Assembly (NCBI GenBank): GCA_000934665.2
Contig: JYFJ02001425.1
Location: 1 to 64,000, forward strand
Source of the DNA: Catajapyx aquilonaris
Taxonomy: Eukaryota
DNA length: 64,000 nucleotides
Direction: 5' to 3'
This document shows positions 10,750 through 25,100 of the stretch, piece by piece (positions within the stretch are counted from its first letter, which is position 1; each line of letters opens with the position of its first letter). Below the pieces are notes generated by a model. It was not told the DNA's origin, searched no databases, and was given only the letters and a program-made list of their open reading frames with translations. Made by a program: the position numbers and the translations under genes.

Positions 10750-10923
10750 CACTGTAACCAGCAAAACATTAAAAGAGCATCACTGGTGAGTTTCCCATGT
10801 GGAACATCAATTTTTAATGCTCTTGTGTAATCCAACAAACAAGCATCACAAGAGCATTAAAAATTGATGTTCCATGGGAGACTCACCAGTGATGCTTTTT
10901 TAAACATATTTGCGGTTACAGTG
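10750..10923. mobile_element. Fold-back (MITE-like) palindrome between PC4 and tango
   Basis: CACTGTAACC...AGCATCACTGGTGAGT...GGAACATCAATTTTTAATGCTCTTGTG is mirrored by CACAAGAGCATTAAAAATTGATGTTCC...ACTCACCAGTGATGCT...GGTTACAGTG. No clear TSD. Confidence 0.75.
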
Positions 10924-11154
10924 TTATGGTGCATTACACATTTTTAATGCTCTTGTAATGCTTTTGTCCTCCTTCATCCCAATTGCTGCCAACTGCCCTT
11001 GTAATCCATCAGTTTTAACCACCCCCCATATGACAACCTGCTCACTTTCAGCGCAACTCGGCGCAACTACTAGTTCAACTAATTAATAAAACCTCGTTAG
11101 AAAGACAGTCGGCATTATTATTTTTTTCTTCCAGTTCCTCCTGGACATGTTGGC

Positions 11155-11407
11155 AACCCTGTTCCTTCCCCCTCCCACCTCCCCCCTACGCCTCCTCCTC
11201 CTCCTCCTTCCCCCCCATTCAACCATCGCCTACCCAAAAATGGCCGCCCAGAGGTTGTAAACAAAATTTCCCTAGTTTAGGAGCGAAAGTGTGGTCCGCC
11301 GCGCCATCCCCAGACGCCCGAGAGCTGGGCTGACCCTAGGCCGATCGAGACAGCGGGGGGCAGGGACCTCCCCCGCGCACCTGCTGCTCCACACGATCCA
11401 CCCAGAC
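11155..11407 (+). promoter_or_regulatory. Probable upstream promoter/5'UTR of tango
   Basis: Pyrimidine/C-run tract at 11160-11217, YY1-like AAAATGGCCGCC at 11237-11248, and a GC/CpG-rich leader before ATG 11408. Confidence 0.5.
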
Positions 11408-11438
11408 ATGGCCACGGCCACCACTCAGTCTGTGCCAG
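11408..11438 (+). CDS. tgo: ARNT/tango exon 1A (MATATTQSVP)
   Basis: GACATGG Kozak context and CAG|gtatgt donor in phase 1. Resembles the short phase-1 first exon of vertebrate ARNT (MAATTANP). Confidence 0.8.
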
Positions 11439-11518
11439 GTATGTTAGGCCTAGCTCTGTAGGTCCAAACGGGGATTTATCCAAGGGATGGCTGTCTCAAC
11501 CGGGGGTTTCCTTGGCAG

Positions 11519-11567
11519 GTACAGATGCCAGCAAGGTGATACAGAAGAGGAGAGCTGGATCTATAGG
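11519..11567 (+). CDS. tgo: ARNT/tango exon 2A (GTDASKVIQKRRAGSIG)
   Basis: tttccttggcag| ... |gtgagt, phase 1-2, with a KRR basic motif; joins exon 37631 in frame. Confidence 0.82.
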
Positions 11568-14500
11568 GTGAGTAGTACGCATTAAGTTTGCAGGTGAACG
11601 GCAGGGACGGAGCAGTAGCCTCATGAATTAATCGGTGAAATGAGTGCTCCTGGTGTGCCGCACGTACAGTTGGGGCACATGCACAATGAAAGTGACAAAC
11701 ACAGCAAGTGCACTTGTCAGTGTCTGGCACAGGTGTGTGACAGGTGCAAGCATGGAGAAGCTTAAACAATAGGTGGGAAATACTGGGGTTTTTACAGGAA
11801 TTCTTATGGAAACTACACCTGAATGTTGTACTATGAGGGAGGGCAACTTTAAGGACCATGGAGATGCTCATGGTGTAACTAGTTTACATAACATTTGGAA
11901 ATGCTTACAATGGAGTAGTACTCCCCAGTCACTGGCGCAGTATAGCCATTGATGCTCTGGCGTCATTAAAAGCTCAATCGATGAATCAATCTCTTCAGAG
12001 AAGCATAACAGGTAATGACGAGTATTATGGAAATGAATTTAGGAGGATATGGCACAACAGGATATTTTGTGTAGCACCCAAGATTGTGTCGACCTATTGT
12101 GTATTTAGTAATGACCTAGTGTATTTTTAATTGTGTAAAGATCCGTCAAATGTTTTGTACAGAGTAACATACATGAACAACTTTGGACTAAAATGAGACA
12201 GGACTGCACTGACTTGTGAGTTTCGCAGTCTAGTTTGTGGGGTAGCAATATTTAATCAGTTTGTCAAAAAGGCTAACGTGAGTCTAAAAGATTTCGTAAA
12301 AACTGATCGATTTTCCAAAGAAAAAAAGGTGAGGAAGTTGTGCAGTATATCAGGTATTGATGTGTAGCCATTCATCGTTTGCCTAGATGGGCGCTAGATG
12401 GCCTCGCTTGGAGGGAGTCCCCTTTGTGTTAGTAAACCGCGGGGCTCACAGATGGAGCTGCTACCCAACTTGGTCCTTTGCGTGATTTGCTTCAAATCCT
12501 GCGAGAAACTCGGGTCTAAAACAAGTTGCAAGATACATACCCAGATAACGCATTCTATGTGGATTGTGACAGTCCACATTATTATCCTGCCATTATTTCG
12601 CGAGTTTTATGCCAACCGGGGGGTCAAAGTGCCAGTCAAACCTTTTCGAGCTAGGAATAATTCACCATGTGTGAAAAATCCTGCCTGGGGAAATCCCAAA
12701 ATATTCTTGTGAGAAGCAAAAAGGGGTAGTACCAAAGTTGGGGCCCCCAAATTAATGGGAAACTTGCCAGCAGAGATTCTCATCCCCGATCGCTCTCTTT
12801 GGGAACTGGTGGGCGTCCTGTTACCATAACCAAGAGGAGGAAGCAGAACTAGTTTGGCGATGGAAGGATGACTCGTGGTTCCCACTCATGGTGACCACTG
12901 GAATGTGCCTTTTTCTTCAGACTCTGGTTCTATGGGGTGATGAACACCTAAATTATGCATTGCCAGAAGCCTGGTTATTTAGGATTTGTGCACTTTTTTT
13001 AAAAAAGCCAACGCGAGGAGTTACCTTATCGTAATCCTGCCCGCATAAAATGTGTGTAAAGAGTGGATGTAGAGTTTTGGCGCATAATAGAGCTTGATGA
13101 AGAGGATTACTGGGGTCCGGAGGGCTTCCTCCCCAACCCCTGATCGTATGCGTGGTTGCGCCACTGGGCCACCGCAAACTCGCCTTCCTCCCAAATCTCT
13201 GTCATGTATTATGCAAATATCGACTGTCGCCTTTGCGATAAATGTGTGGCCGAAGCTGCATGCTAGAGGAGGTGAGATGAGCACGAAAGAAAGGAGAGAC
13301 GGATAGTTTCTGGCTTTCAAAAAAAAAGCTTATAACTAGAAGTCCAGTGGGTAACATCTTGTGAAAGAAGCCTGGTCCACCTGATGTGAATTGTTAAATC
13401 ATAGCTTTTCCATGTGTTTTTTTTGTGTCTTTTTATGGGTTGGGGGGAGGATAATGACAAAATCGAAGAGGGATAGTTCCGTTTTTTCCCCGACCCTGTC
13501 GTGCCTTTGTCGTCCAATTCTTTTGTTCTTTGCAGAGATTAGGAGCGTTTTCTTTCCATGGGCGATTTATGTGGCATTTGAAGTCAGCACTAATTGGATG
13601 CGGGAAGTAGTAACCATACAAGCGGAGGTTCATGCGAAAGGGAAGAGGGAGGGGGAGGGGGGGGATTCCGGTATTTTTACCATTTTGATTACAAAGCTGT
13701 GTGAAGGTTGGATGTGAAGGTCGTCACAAGTTGCGAAATTAATTCACAAATATGGCAGTAAATAATACCCAGTCGCATTTTTTTTTTGTGCCTGCTCATT
13801 ACCCACTCCCACGCTGGAGTCTCCGAGGTGGTCGCCATAGTGTCTCTCGTATGTGTCGGGTGTGTGCCCCACCGCCTGTTTGCATACTCGACGTGGCATG
13901 ACTATTTAGGAGACGTATATAAGGGGGGGAAGTGGGCAATGGAGGTTGCATGTCGGAGGGGCGTCGGGGGAAAAAAGTTTTGGCGTGCCTGGTCGCCTCG
14001 CTTCGAAGCCGACAAGTCCAGGTAGTCGCAGAGAAGCTCGAATAGAAAATTATTATCGAAATGTTTATGGTCCGGGTGGCATCCAGGCGCGCGACATTTT
14101 CCCTTCCCCCCCTCCCCCTCGCTCCCTCTTCCTCCAACTCAAATTCTTTGGGAAAGTGCCTCTTGATGTACAGTCTTTCGTGCCTGGCTTTTGTATGCGA
14201 GAATCAGGTGGGCACACACACTCGCGCGCACAAAAAAAGAGCTGAGTTCCCAAGCATAGTAATTACACGATTAATCATCGGGTGACATCCAGTGCGTGTC
14301 ACTTACCAGATTGTGCGCTATTGACTCTATAGATAGGCACGAATGAAACGTCGCGAGGTGACGGAGTTGGGGCAAAAGTTATGGGCCACCAACTTGGCCC
14401 TTTTTTGTGTGTGGTGGTGATAGATATGCATCGCACCAAGTTAAGGCTACACGAAAAACGGAACCTTTCTTGGTATCAATTGCTGGAGCCGCACACGCGA

Positions 14501-16734
14501 CAGCAGTTTTGCTGCCAGATAGTACGTTTCGGGCTGGAATTGCAATCTTTTTGGGTAAGGGGGGAGAGGAAGGAGCTAAAAAAAATGTGTCGGACACGAG
14601 ATACGCTCTCTTTATGAGCAGGCTTGTCCTGGTTCGAGTGCGAGGTCGCCAGTAGATAAAAGGGTTGGAACAATTGCAGGGTGTTCGTGTGCAGATGAGG
14701 TGGGGTTTTAGATGGAGGGGGGGTTATACATGTAGGGAGTAAGTGCGTGTCGGGGTGTAGGGGCCTGGATTAAGTGAGCGAGTCAGTTGGCTCCGTTGCA
14801 TGTGGCTTTTGGCACAGGGAAAAGCTTGTAACTGCTTATTACGCCAGGTGGGCTTTCCAGCTTGCTGGCTGGATGGCTAGCTGACTGGCACAAGCCACCA
14901 ACCCTTTGGCCACTTCGAATATGAATACTTTGGATAATCATGAGTTTAGGGTTCCTTGGGGAGAAGGAATAATTTTTTTTTGGATTTGAGAATCTGATAA
15001 GTCAATGCGGGTGGCAGGTGAGAACATATGCTGTGGATGGGGTTATACATGCTGATTTGGTGTGTCGGGTGTTTGATCGCATGGCGGCGAGTGCGGAAGG
15101 CTAAATGTCATTTTGACATGCATCAATAGCCAAGTTCGTAATAAGTGTCAAGGTCGTTTATGTAACAGTCCGAAAACTGTTTTTTATTGGCGAGTCGTGT
15201 TGGTCGATTTAAACGGCGGTTGATCCATTGATTCCGGTATCTTGTTAGCATTTTTCCGATTCGTCTGCCCCCATTGCGAACGTGTTGATATCCTGACCGG
15301 TACCTGCTACTGGCACATTCCGTTCGAGTTGGCACGGAGGGGCAGTCCTACCCGCCTAGAAGCACACATAACTTACACACTGTGTCTGCTGGACTTTTTT
15401 TCCCCTTGAAACAATTCTCCTTATGTTAAGAAAAAAAATGTCCCGCGTTTTGCGGTTTCTGTGGCTCCACTGAGAAGGTCAGCTCTGTTCCTCCTTGTAT
15501 CTCACGGAGCGGAACCCACGGAAAAATGTGTTCCCAGAGCATTTGGGCATCAAGTTGGAACCAAGAGTTCTCTGGGACGAAAAAGTACAATCTACTTGGG
15601 GGCCCCCGTCTGAGTAATGACCCCTTCCATCCCCCCCTGAGGGAGAAGGAGGAGGGGGAATCGAGGAGGATTTCCCATGGCCATTGATCCGGACGCTAAT
15701 AAATGAAGCCGAGTGATCGAATTAATAGAATTAATGCACTCAGTGGGACCCTCCTCTATAATAGCCCGTGCGGTGTTGGGTGCGTGACCATATGTGGAGA
15801 AGTTGCTGGGTTGCCATGTGTGGGGGAATTACATTGTGTGCTGGAGGATTTTGGTGGAAGGGTGGTAATTGCGTGGAGTTTTGTTGCAAATCTTAACCCC
15901 GCCCACTTTGGAAACCAACGCCCGGTTGCAATTTTCATCAAGTGAGTGCTGGGTGCACCTGACCACCTGCAGGTATCGCCTGTTCGGGCCCATTATTATT
16001 TTTCGCCATTTTTTTCCAGTTACGCAGTTTTGGGGAGGGAGATATCAGTTTGGATTTCGCGAGAGGAGATCCTTTTGTCAGAGCCAAAAGCCTTGGTTTA
16101 CCACAAGTGGTCTTGCGCAGTCGGTAATAATACCGGAAGCTGTCATTGGCATTTTGTAGTGTAACTGATTTTACACGCGTACTTTTTACCGAGGCGCCCA
16201 CGGCGTGCACAGGTTGCAATGCCCTCAGCGAACGTCACGTCTTGCACGGGGTGAAGCAACTTTAGCTGTGAACTGTGGTCGAAAATTAGCATTTCTTCGG
16301 TATAATTACGCGGCTAATAAGCAGCTTAGGGTTTTTTTTCTCCATATTTTAAAAATCCCAGAATCCCAGAAATTAACCGAACCGCATTTCATGTATGAAA
16401 ATGAGTCAATTTTCATTGTGACGAAGTGTGTAATTTTTTGTATGTATATTTTAATTGAAATAAAATTAATTATTAAAAGCATTAAACCCTCCATGTCGCG
16501 CCCTTTCATGCAGTGTATATGTGATGTGGCATCGCGAAAATGACATTGCCTGTAATATAATGTGTGTCCGGCAGGATTTTGCCCTGACAGGCAAATAACA
16601 GTCCCTTTATCTCGGGGAGATTTTCTCATGGGCGGATATGAAAGTATTCTACGGTAACAACCCATGTGTACAGTAGCCTATACATGTATGCACGTGATTT
16701 TCTATAACAAATCAGAGATGGTTCAATCACCACT

Positions 16735-16981
16735 CTGGAGCCTCATGTAAAAACCATGTAACTCAAGATACTGGGTTTTTACTTGGAGGCCACAATTGGA
16801 CGGGTCTTTTCAAGCTCTATCCACTGGTACAAACCACGTCTCTCTAACTTGTTTTCCTGCAAAGTTATTCAAGTTTTTCAAGTATGATTTATGCAAGAAC
16901 TAATGGCAGATCACGAACTTTGAGGTGCAATATCTCAAAATGGCCAAATCAGAGATACGTGGTTTTTACATGAGGCTCCAG
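16735..16981. mobile_element. MITE with ~26-bp TIRs and apparent 4-bp TSD (CACT)
   Basis: CACT|CTGGAGCCTCATGTAAAAACCATGTA ... TACGTGGTTTTTACATGAGGCTCCAG|CACT. Confidence 0.8.
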
Positions 16982-19900
16982 CACTTTTCTAATGACTGTG
17001 AACCGAATGACAGTTATATAGGGAAAAAGATTGCTGCTCCATTACTGCTTGGTTGTTTGCAAGCAACAACTCTTGCACTGTAATTAAGTACATTGTCTGC
17101 TGCATTGAATGACATTAATTATTATTATTTTTTAATGGACCCAGACTCACATTGAGGAAAATGAGCTCGAAGATGGATAAAGGGCGACTTTCATAATTTT
17201 CCTAATATGCACATTTTGATTCTCCAACATTAAAAGGCATGTCAACAGTGAAATGAAAATCATTGATGACTATATTGTCGAGGACTTGAATTGCCTGTAA
17301 CTCACCTTATGGCCATAATTTTCAAGAGAGATACAATCATTTTGTGACAATAATTTGTTACCCTTTTTCGCGACTCCAAATGGAGTCGCGGCCCACAGTT
17401 TGGGAAGCACTAGTGTAGATGCAGGGGGTAGGATTACCTGTGGTTATCACATAATCCATGAAATTTAGGGCCATCATAATTATAGAGTGGATCGATTTGC
17501 ATATTTGCGTAACATTTTGTAAATAAATTTCCAAAATAATCTTAAAATTTATACCACCATTGTGTCTCATTATTAGCTTCACCTGATATGTATGATGACA
17601 GTGTTCTAAAAAAAATACTTGACAATAAAAAATGTGGCAGCCTAACGTGATTGTTGACTTTTGCCTCTCCGTGACGTATTATCGTATACTCTTGGAATTT
17701 ATGATTTGGTGTTCGGATGTGTAAGACTGTAAGTTATAGCGCTACTTATATGCATAGTATCTTAAAAATAAAATTGGAAGTTATCGAGCCACAAATTGTT
17801 CAATTTTTTTACTGAATTGACGTGGAATGACCCAGCTGTAAGTGGATTTTATTTGCTTACGCCCCTCGTAATAGCCCTCCATTTCATTGGCTCTTTTCTG
17901 CCAAATGTTTGAGTTACGACTACTGCTATAGGGTTTTTGTTGCCATTGGCGATGCAGTGATGTTCGAAAGTAGGCGTTTCATAAAACTTCACGAATGTAA
18001 TGAAGGACAGGGAACCAAGTGATTCCTGGCCACATGAGGCAGCCGGGTCTTGGTTATAAATGAGAGGCAAAAATAAATTTCTTTGAAAAGAACTCTTTCC
18101 CAACGAAAAATAAGTTTTGACGCTAGAATTCTCAGGCCAGGAAAAGCAAGAGAATGAGGTAGAAGAGTTGATATGATTTTTCTCACACCTGTCTAATTCA
18201 AGTAGCTATTGTCTGACGGCGAATCCAACAACACATCTCTTTCGAAAGCACCCAAAAGAAAGAATAAAGCAGCCAGTGAACTCTGGTTATCCGGCACAAG
18301 TTACGACCAAAGTGAATAGTAAGTTCTTCTAAGAAAAAGTGAAAACACACTCACCGAATGGATCCATCCCCTTGCGTCGTCCATCCAGCCAAAGGGGCCT
18401 GTGAGTGATGGACCCAGGTTGGCACAGCCATGATTCAACCCGCAGGGGCCGTTGGTCCCGCCGTGGGCCGCCGACACTGCCAAAAGAGGCCCAGGAACCA
18501 GGATCCCACGGGGATTCTTTGTTTTCAATTACTCTTCTCAGCAGTGTCCACGGCTTATAAGTCACGCCACTGCCCAGTCCGAATAAACCCCTCTCCCTGC
18601 ACCCCCCAGCAACCCCACCTCTAAATAATGTATGATGCGGGGACTACGATATAAATTACTGTTTTGATAGCGGCCGGCCCCGTGCAATCATGCGATGCGA
18701 CGATAAGCATCGTGGTTTCCCATGCCTATTTTCGAGGTGCTGGAAAAGGTAGTGTCCAGCCCCAAAAAACAGATCGTATATGGCGAGAGGGGGTAGGGGG
18801 GATCGTGTGTAAAGGGGAGGGGTTTCGACAAGCACGATTTCAGGACCTGTTCTACCAGGGCGCCCATAGTGTTTTATCATCAGCGGTGCCCGTGCTTGGG
18901 TACGGTACAATCAGATCCCATCAGAGATTGGAGCCAAATAACCTATTCGCGATTGCTACGGGTTGTTAGCGAATCTTCACCTCGCTTGTCCGCGCGGGGT
19001 TTAATTGAATGCATGAGCCGGTTGTGGTTGATAACAGAAAATGTAGGAAGAGCTGTTATCTCAAAAGGAGAGGGCGAAATGCGACATGTCATATCCCCGA
19101 AAATACAAAATTTTTGGTTCCTCTCGTTGTGCGCAGCTATTTTTTCTCCTATACGCTTGCTTGATCGCCATGTGGGCGTCACGATCGAGAACTGTTTCTC
19201 CACGGTTTCGACCTTGATAGAGGCTGATTTAATGACGATGCCTGTACACGACGTTTCGGGGGTGCTCTGCAGGTGTATTGGAGGAAGGGAGATGGGGGAG
19301 TCTGGAAGAGGGAATGGGGGAGGCCAAGGAGCCCGCCTTGTACTTTCTTCCATCCCCCGTGCGCTCCAGATGATTCCATCTCCTTTCACCTGTGATCAGG
19401 GTTGGGTGGACGTTTTGAGTTAGTAAAATACATGTTTTAACTGGGGATCTCCACGACTTACGAAACACGCAGGAACGCTGGTTATTTGAGCTGAGGGTTA
19501 TTGTCGAATTTTTGGGCATCAACTCTTTGACTATATCAACAACATATGCTAATTGAATACTCCCCCAACTGATGCACTGCTTCAGATTTTCTGAAAATTT
19601 ATTGTATCAGATCGTATGTCCCGTTGTATCATGTTTCCAATATGTTGCTTGTATACTTCACCTACTGATTGACGCATTCAGCACTTTCTTCAGCCCTTCT
19701 CCACCGAAATCCTTTGTTTGCCCAGAAACGGGACGGATATGGTACCGCTACTGTACACTACTTGATTGCTCCCCTCGCGGCTATACTGCGGCAACAAGCA
19801 TCCTGCCTAAAGATTCCAACTGACTCTGCCCAATGTAAAGCACTGCACTGATGCACATCATACTGATAATGGATGAGTGGACCACAACTCTTTTCGGATA

Positions 19901-21991
19901 TGGCATGTGGTCCGTCCATGCAAAGCATTACATACTTGCATGTAAACTTCAGTCATATTCGAGTCGAAGAAATTGTGAAGAATTTTCTCAGAATTGTTCG
20001 TATAGGGGAGAATGCACCCTGTGAGTCATTGTTGTCGTGGCATTGCGAACACCTGACCGAGCTTAGTCCAGCTGATTACTGATGGACGCGCGGATGGCTC
20101 CAGCAGGAACGACTTTCCTCGTTGGCCAGAAAAAAAGAGCACCCCATCAGTTATTTCGGACACTTCGTGACGTTGGTGATTCGGGAATTTTGCCAAGGCT
20201 GGAGGAAACATCGGTGTGGTAAAAGTGGTGGGCAAACTGTGTATACTCGCGGAAGGTTCCTTATAAAATAAAAATTTTAAAAAATGGATCGAGTAGATGC
20301 GGAGTTTATGTGGAGATGGTCGTGACAGGTGAGGCTAGAGGGGGGGTGCAAGGGGGTAGAGGGCAATAGGGAAAGAAGGGAGTCGTGCGGAGCGAATTGG
20401 CGTGTGAGGAGAATGCGGGCGGGGGAGGAAGGAAGGCAAATTCGGCCGGATCACACGCCGTTGACCCGGACAAAGGCCCCCCTGTCAATTGGTGCAAAGA
20501 GAGCTGCGGGGCTATTGTGGCTGTTGTCCAGGCCTGCAGCTCTTCTTCATGCAGACCAAGGAGTGCCCCGCATTCACAACGCCACCCCATTTTTATGCGG
20601 CGCCCATTGGCTGCCTCCAATGAAGCACATGTCAATTGGAGGCACAGAGTTTGACTGATTGACCGGGACCCCCGTCTTGTTCCGACCACCGTTTACATGG
20701 ACGTTGACGGAGGCTGTAATTGGGCAGACCTTGTTTTTCATCCCCCGTCTGTATACGTCTACCCAGGGCTCCAGAGACGGTGAAGGGTAGCAATTAACAA
20801 CGGAGGGATTGAGCAGGTCACTCTGACGCCCAGCCCCCTATTCTGATTCGGAGATGATGAAAAGCCGTCCAGGGGCACACCTTAACATTATTATAATGGA
20901 TGGTGGTGGGCACAAGGAAAAATAGAGTATTAGCTGCGTAGAATCGCATAGGGGACGAGCTATATAGTGGACGAGGGCCGTCCCAAGGCGGCCGGCGATT
21001 CGCTGGCGGGGGAGCAAGGTTGTGTTGGGATTGGCTGCAGTAGGCAGGGGAACCCCAGGCACTTTGGGGGCCGAAGCGGGGCATAGGAAACATTTCGCAG
21101 GCAGTCGGCTTGCAGGGCCCTTGGGGAGAAGCACGTGTGAATTTTTGCGGTGCGGGATACCCTGGCACGAGGGGTTTTTTGGCAGGATCTTCCTGTCGGC
21201 AGGTGGAAGTGAGTCCGGCTCCCAGAATTGTGCGTAGGTGTGTAAAAATCGGCCTGTCTCATTACATATGCGAGCTTGTTTGCAATAAGTAATCACCTTA
21301 AAAAGGCCGTACCTTGCCGTGTAGCTTCCAACCTCTTTTTTTCCCCCTTCGTCTTCTTCATTTTCAATTTTGATGATGCCTGCGGTTATGACAGCGGGTC
21401 TTCTCCCTGGCGGGTTGGAAAACATTACCCTGATTACCTCGCAGAATCCAATTCGGGATCGATTTCCCCCGCGTGTTCCGCCACAATAACGCATCCCGAG
21501 GCAGAGCGTCGTTTCCTTGGTCGATGGAAATTATCACATTGCTTCCCTGAGAACTCAATTAATTTCGGCCGATGCCGAGGGGGCCAATTTGGCTCCGAAT
21601 TAGGCCCATAAACACGTGATCGGTTTGGCAGTTTGAATGGAGCCATTTAGCAAGGAGAATCGCCCCCCTCCTCCTCATCCTTTAACTTTTGCCTGCCACA
21701 GGAAGATCCCAGTTAGTCAAAGTCAGTCTTTTTTAACCCCCGGCAGCCAGCAAGTCGCGTGCTTGGAAAAAGCCAGCTTCGTGTAATTGGAGTGAAGTAG
21801 CCCCAAATTGGAGGGACCAGGAATGGAGCTTGGCAGTGCGAAAAAGGCCAACCAGAGATTGAGGACGGTAGCGGTGTGAGAGCGTGTTGTGTGTGCGGTT
21901 TGTGCGGTTGTGGTGCGTATATAGCCAGGCAGCAGGACGCAGTCGGGCGGAAACGAGCACGTGTGAGTGCATGTGGGAGGGTTAGAAAAAC

Positions 21992-22125
21992 ATGTATGCC
22001 TACGCAGCCGGTCCGCCGCACTATGCGGCGCCTCCGGCCTACCTGCCGCCGCAGATGCCCATCCCGAACGTGCAGGTGCCGCCGCCGGGACAAGTACCGC
22101 TGTCGCCGCACTCCAAGAGGAGAAG
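21992..22125 (+). CDS. tgo: ARNT/tango alternative first exon 1B (Pro/Tyr/Ala-rich)
   Basis: MYAYAAGPPHYAAPPAYLPPQMPIPNVQVPPPGQVPLSPHSKRRR, AAACATG context, high GC3, AAG|gtgaga donor in phase 2 matching exon 37631. TATA-like TATATAG at 21918. Confidence 0.8.
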
Positions 22126-25100
22126 GTGAGACGAAAACCGACATGCGATTCAAACATATGCGTTGAAAAGAAAGGAATTTCGACAAAACCATGTGCGATG
22201 CGACTGTCACCGGTTGATGTGTCATGCCACTTGCCGGGATGGCAGGTGGGCAGAAATATGTGCATGCGGTGATTTGGTGTGGCACATTGCATACGACATA
22301 GCGATATTTCACATGCAACGGGGCCTAATCCGCCAGGCACAGGACGGCAACCAGAAGTCTTTATCATGCTACTAAGGAGAGAAATTATTTCAAATCTCAT
22401 GCTCACTTGAGCTGTTTACAGTGTTAAATAAGCTGTTCCTAACAGAATTTAGCTAGCACACGCTCGTGTCTGTCACAGGCTTCCTTCCAGAATTGTTGAA
22501 CTATTTCGTGACCCGCAATGAATTTTAGTAAGAGCTCATCCTAATAATGTAAAAACGTAAAACTCCGGTTTGTCCGATCTATTCCGATACTATACACGCC
22601 AATCCCAACTTTTCAATCGTTCATATTTGAAATCGTCACAGGAGTCGCCATGAGTAACCGCTTGGATAATTAGAATAATTTCTTCAAGAAATAGGCCTAT
22701 AGAGTAAATATAGAAATATAGCACCCAATGTTTAGAGTTGCATAGCCTATTGTTCGCTAAAAGCGATATTTAATACAGTGAAAGACTTGCAACGCTGGTT
22801 ACGTAGAAGGTACTTGCAAATAAGAAAATCGAATTAAGAACCATGATTTTGGACATGTTCATTTCATTAATTGGCAACTCGAAAATCAGGCATCATCTAC
22901 CATTGCAATAATCATGACATAAAGAAAGTGTCTCAGGTCTCAGGTCCTATATGGACTACCTAGAGATATTTGATATCGGGGTAAAATATTTAAAAAAGAC
23001 GAATGTTGAAGGCAACTTTCTGCAATATACCAAATAGGCTGTATAGGATTAAACTGTGCTTCCCCCATTTATCTGACTTTATTATTAGGGAAAACTTCAA
23101 TGAAAATTTGTGGCGGGTCGTGAAAAAAACGGCACTGGAGGGGATCCTGTCAACGTAATATTATTTACTCCACCGGAGAGCACTTTTAATGATTTTTCTA
23201 TTGGTGTATAATGTTTCAATCATACAATAGTTCTGATGCCACAATTTGGGAAACAGTGACTATTAACAGGCACAACGTCAGTGTGCGTAACAATTAACCG
23301 CTTTGTGACGATTCTGAGGATGATTACATTATATATTATAGTATAGCGATATTTTGACGAATACGCGAGTGTGAGCTAAAATTGTAAGCAGTATCAGCGT
23401 GACATTGAAGAAATAACTCCTGGACTTCGAGGTTTTTGCTGTTCAAATTCTAATATTACGAGTAAGTTTTTTGCGAACGGCGACTATGGCACAATGGAGG
23501 CACATTCTGACGCAGTTTTAGGCCTGGTTTCTTCCGAATTAAAAATAAGAGCTAAAACCTGTTTTCCCCTGTCAAAGTTTTACGATTGGCAATGAGAAAT
23601 TTTCACATGCGGACAGGTTTCACCGCATATTCTGTTTCATTAGAAAGTGTGTGCTACCGTCTTTTTATGATAAGCTTACATATGATATGAGGTCGCTTTG
23701 ACAGATATTTGGCAAAAACCATGCTAGGCGAGTTGTTTAATCCGGATAAGTGTCTTATTTTTATATTGCGACTTGATATGTGGCCTATAATGACACATAT
23801 GGAAGTGAAATGTTTTTGATCTCTTTCCTTTACCATGAAGCATAATTTGCCGTCTAAAAGCACCGTTTAATGTATTTTGATGTAACCGTGTCGATTATCA
23901 ATAAAACTCAAGACGGTAACAAGAAGACTTTCCAGTTAAGCTGGCAGCAAGCAGTAATTGCTTCTCATATAAGAGCCACAGTGTGTCAAATCCACATGCA
24001 CATCACTTGATATTTATTAATGCCTCTCCCAAAAAAACAGACAGCATTCGCGCCATTATTTCTTGATCTGAGATGAAAGTAAGCCAGCTACGCGCGGAAT
24101 ATGTCACTATGCAGTATATACACAATGCTGAGAACCCCCTGCCAGAAGCAAGCTACAAATTTCCATGTCGACCGTGGACTAAAGTTGAAGCGCCTACAGG
24201 AAATTCGGCAGCCAGCAGGAAAAGGAATCCTGTACAGTGATTAGTCCGTAACGGGTGTAGTTCCTTTGAAGTCAGAGACAATAAGGGTTGGTGCGAATGG
24301 TCGAAAAAGGGCCCGAGGAGCGCAGGCGAAAATGTATGTGAAGTTGATGGAAAGCTGGCTTTGGCCTGGGCTCATAGGTGTCTGGCCCAGAGAAAGAGCT
24401 TCCTGAAGTGCAGATCCGTGGGAAGGGGGTCCCCCCGGCATAGAAAACACAGCCATAGTTACTTGCATTGCTCTCCCACACAATTACCCAGGTGGCTGGG
24501 AATTCCGATGAGGCAACAATGCCTGCTGTACCTGCTGCTATGGGAAGGTCAGACCTCATTGCACGAAGAGGTGTGCTTGGGGGTCCCTGCTGTTTGTTTC
24601 CGTCCCTTTTCCGTTTCCTTGTCCACAGGATTCAGCGGAGGGAAAATTTCATGCGGGAAGAACCACCTGGAAGAGATGGATGTTTCTTGAAAGAGTTCCC
24701 CTACTAGGAGCACTGATTTATCGCGCCGCCTTTGAGCCAGAGTCTCTTGAATTAATTCCGCGAGTTGCCGGGAGGCTGACTTTCTTGTGAGTTGAAGTAG
24801 AAGCAAAAGGAATCGAGAGGGAAGAGGAGGGGATTTCCATTAGTCATAAGTGGCAGCGGCCGCCTCACACCAGTAAATTGTATCAGAAAGATCCAAAGGG
24901 CAGATCCAGCTCGTTTCAGGGCCAGAGAGAGTATATAGAATCTGCTGTTTTTCTTTCGGAGATGACATGTTTTTGAGGCCAGCATGGGCTGATATTTTTT
25001 TGAAAAAGCTATACGGAATGGAGAGCACAATGGAGTATGAAACGAGGCGAATGTTATTATTCCGTAAATAACGCGTCTGGAACCTCGGGCGTGGAATTAA

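Noticed and set aside
24519..24553. MPAVPAAMGR followed by AG|gtcaga, a phase-2 candidate third first exon of tango
   Set aside because: Weak donor, no promoter evidence and no recognisable homology; needs RNA data.
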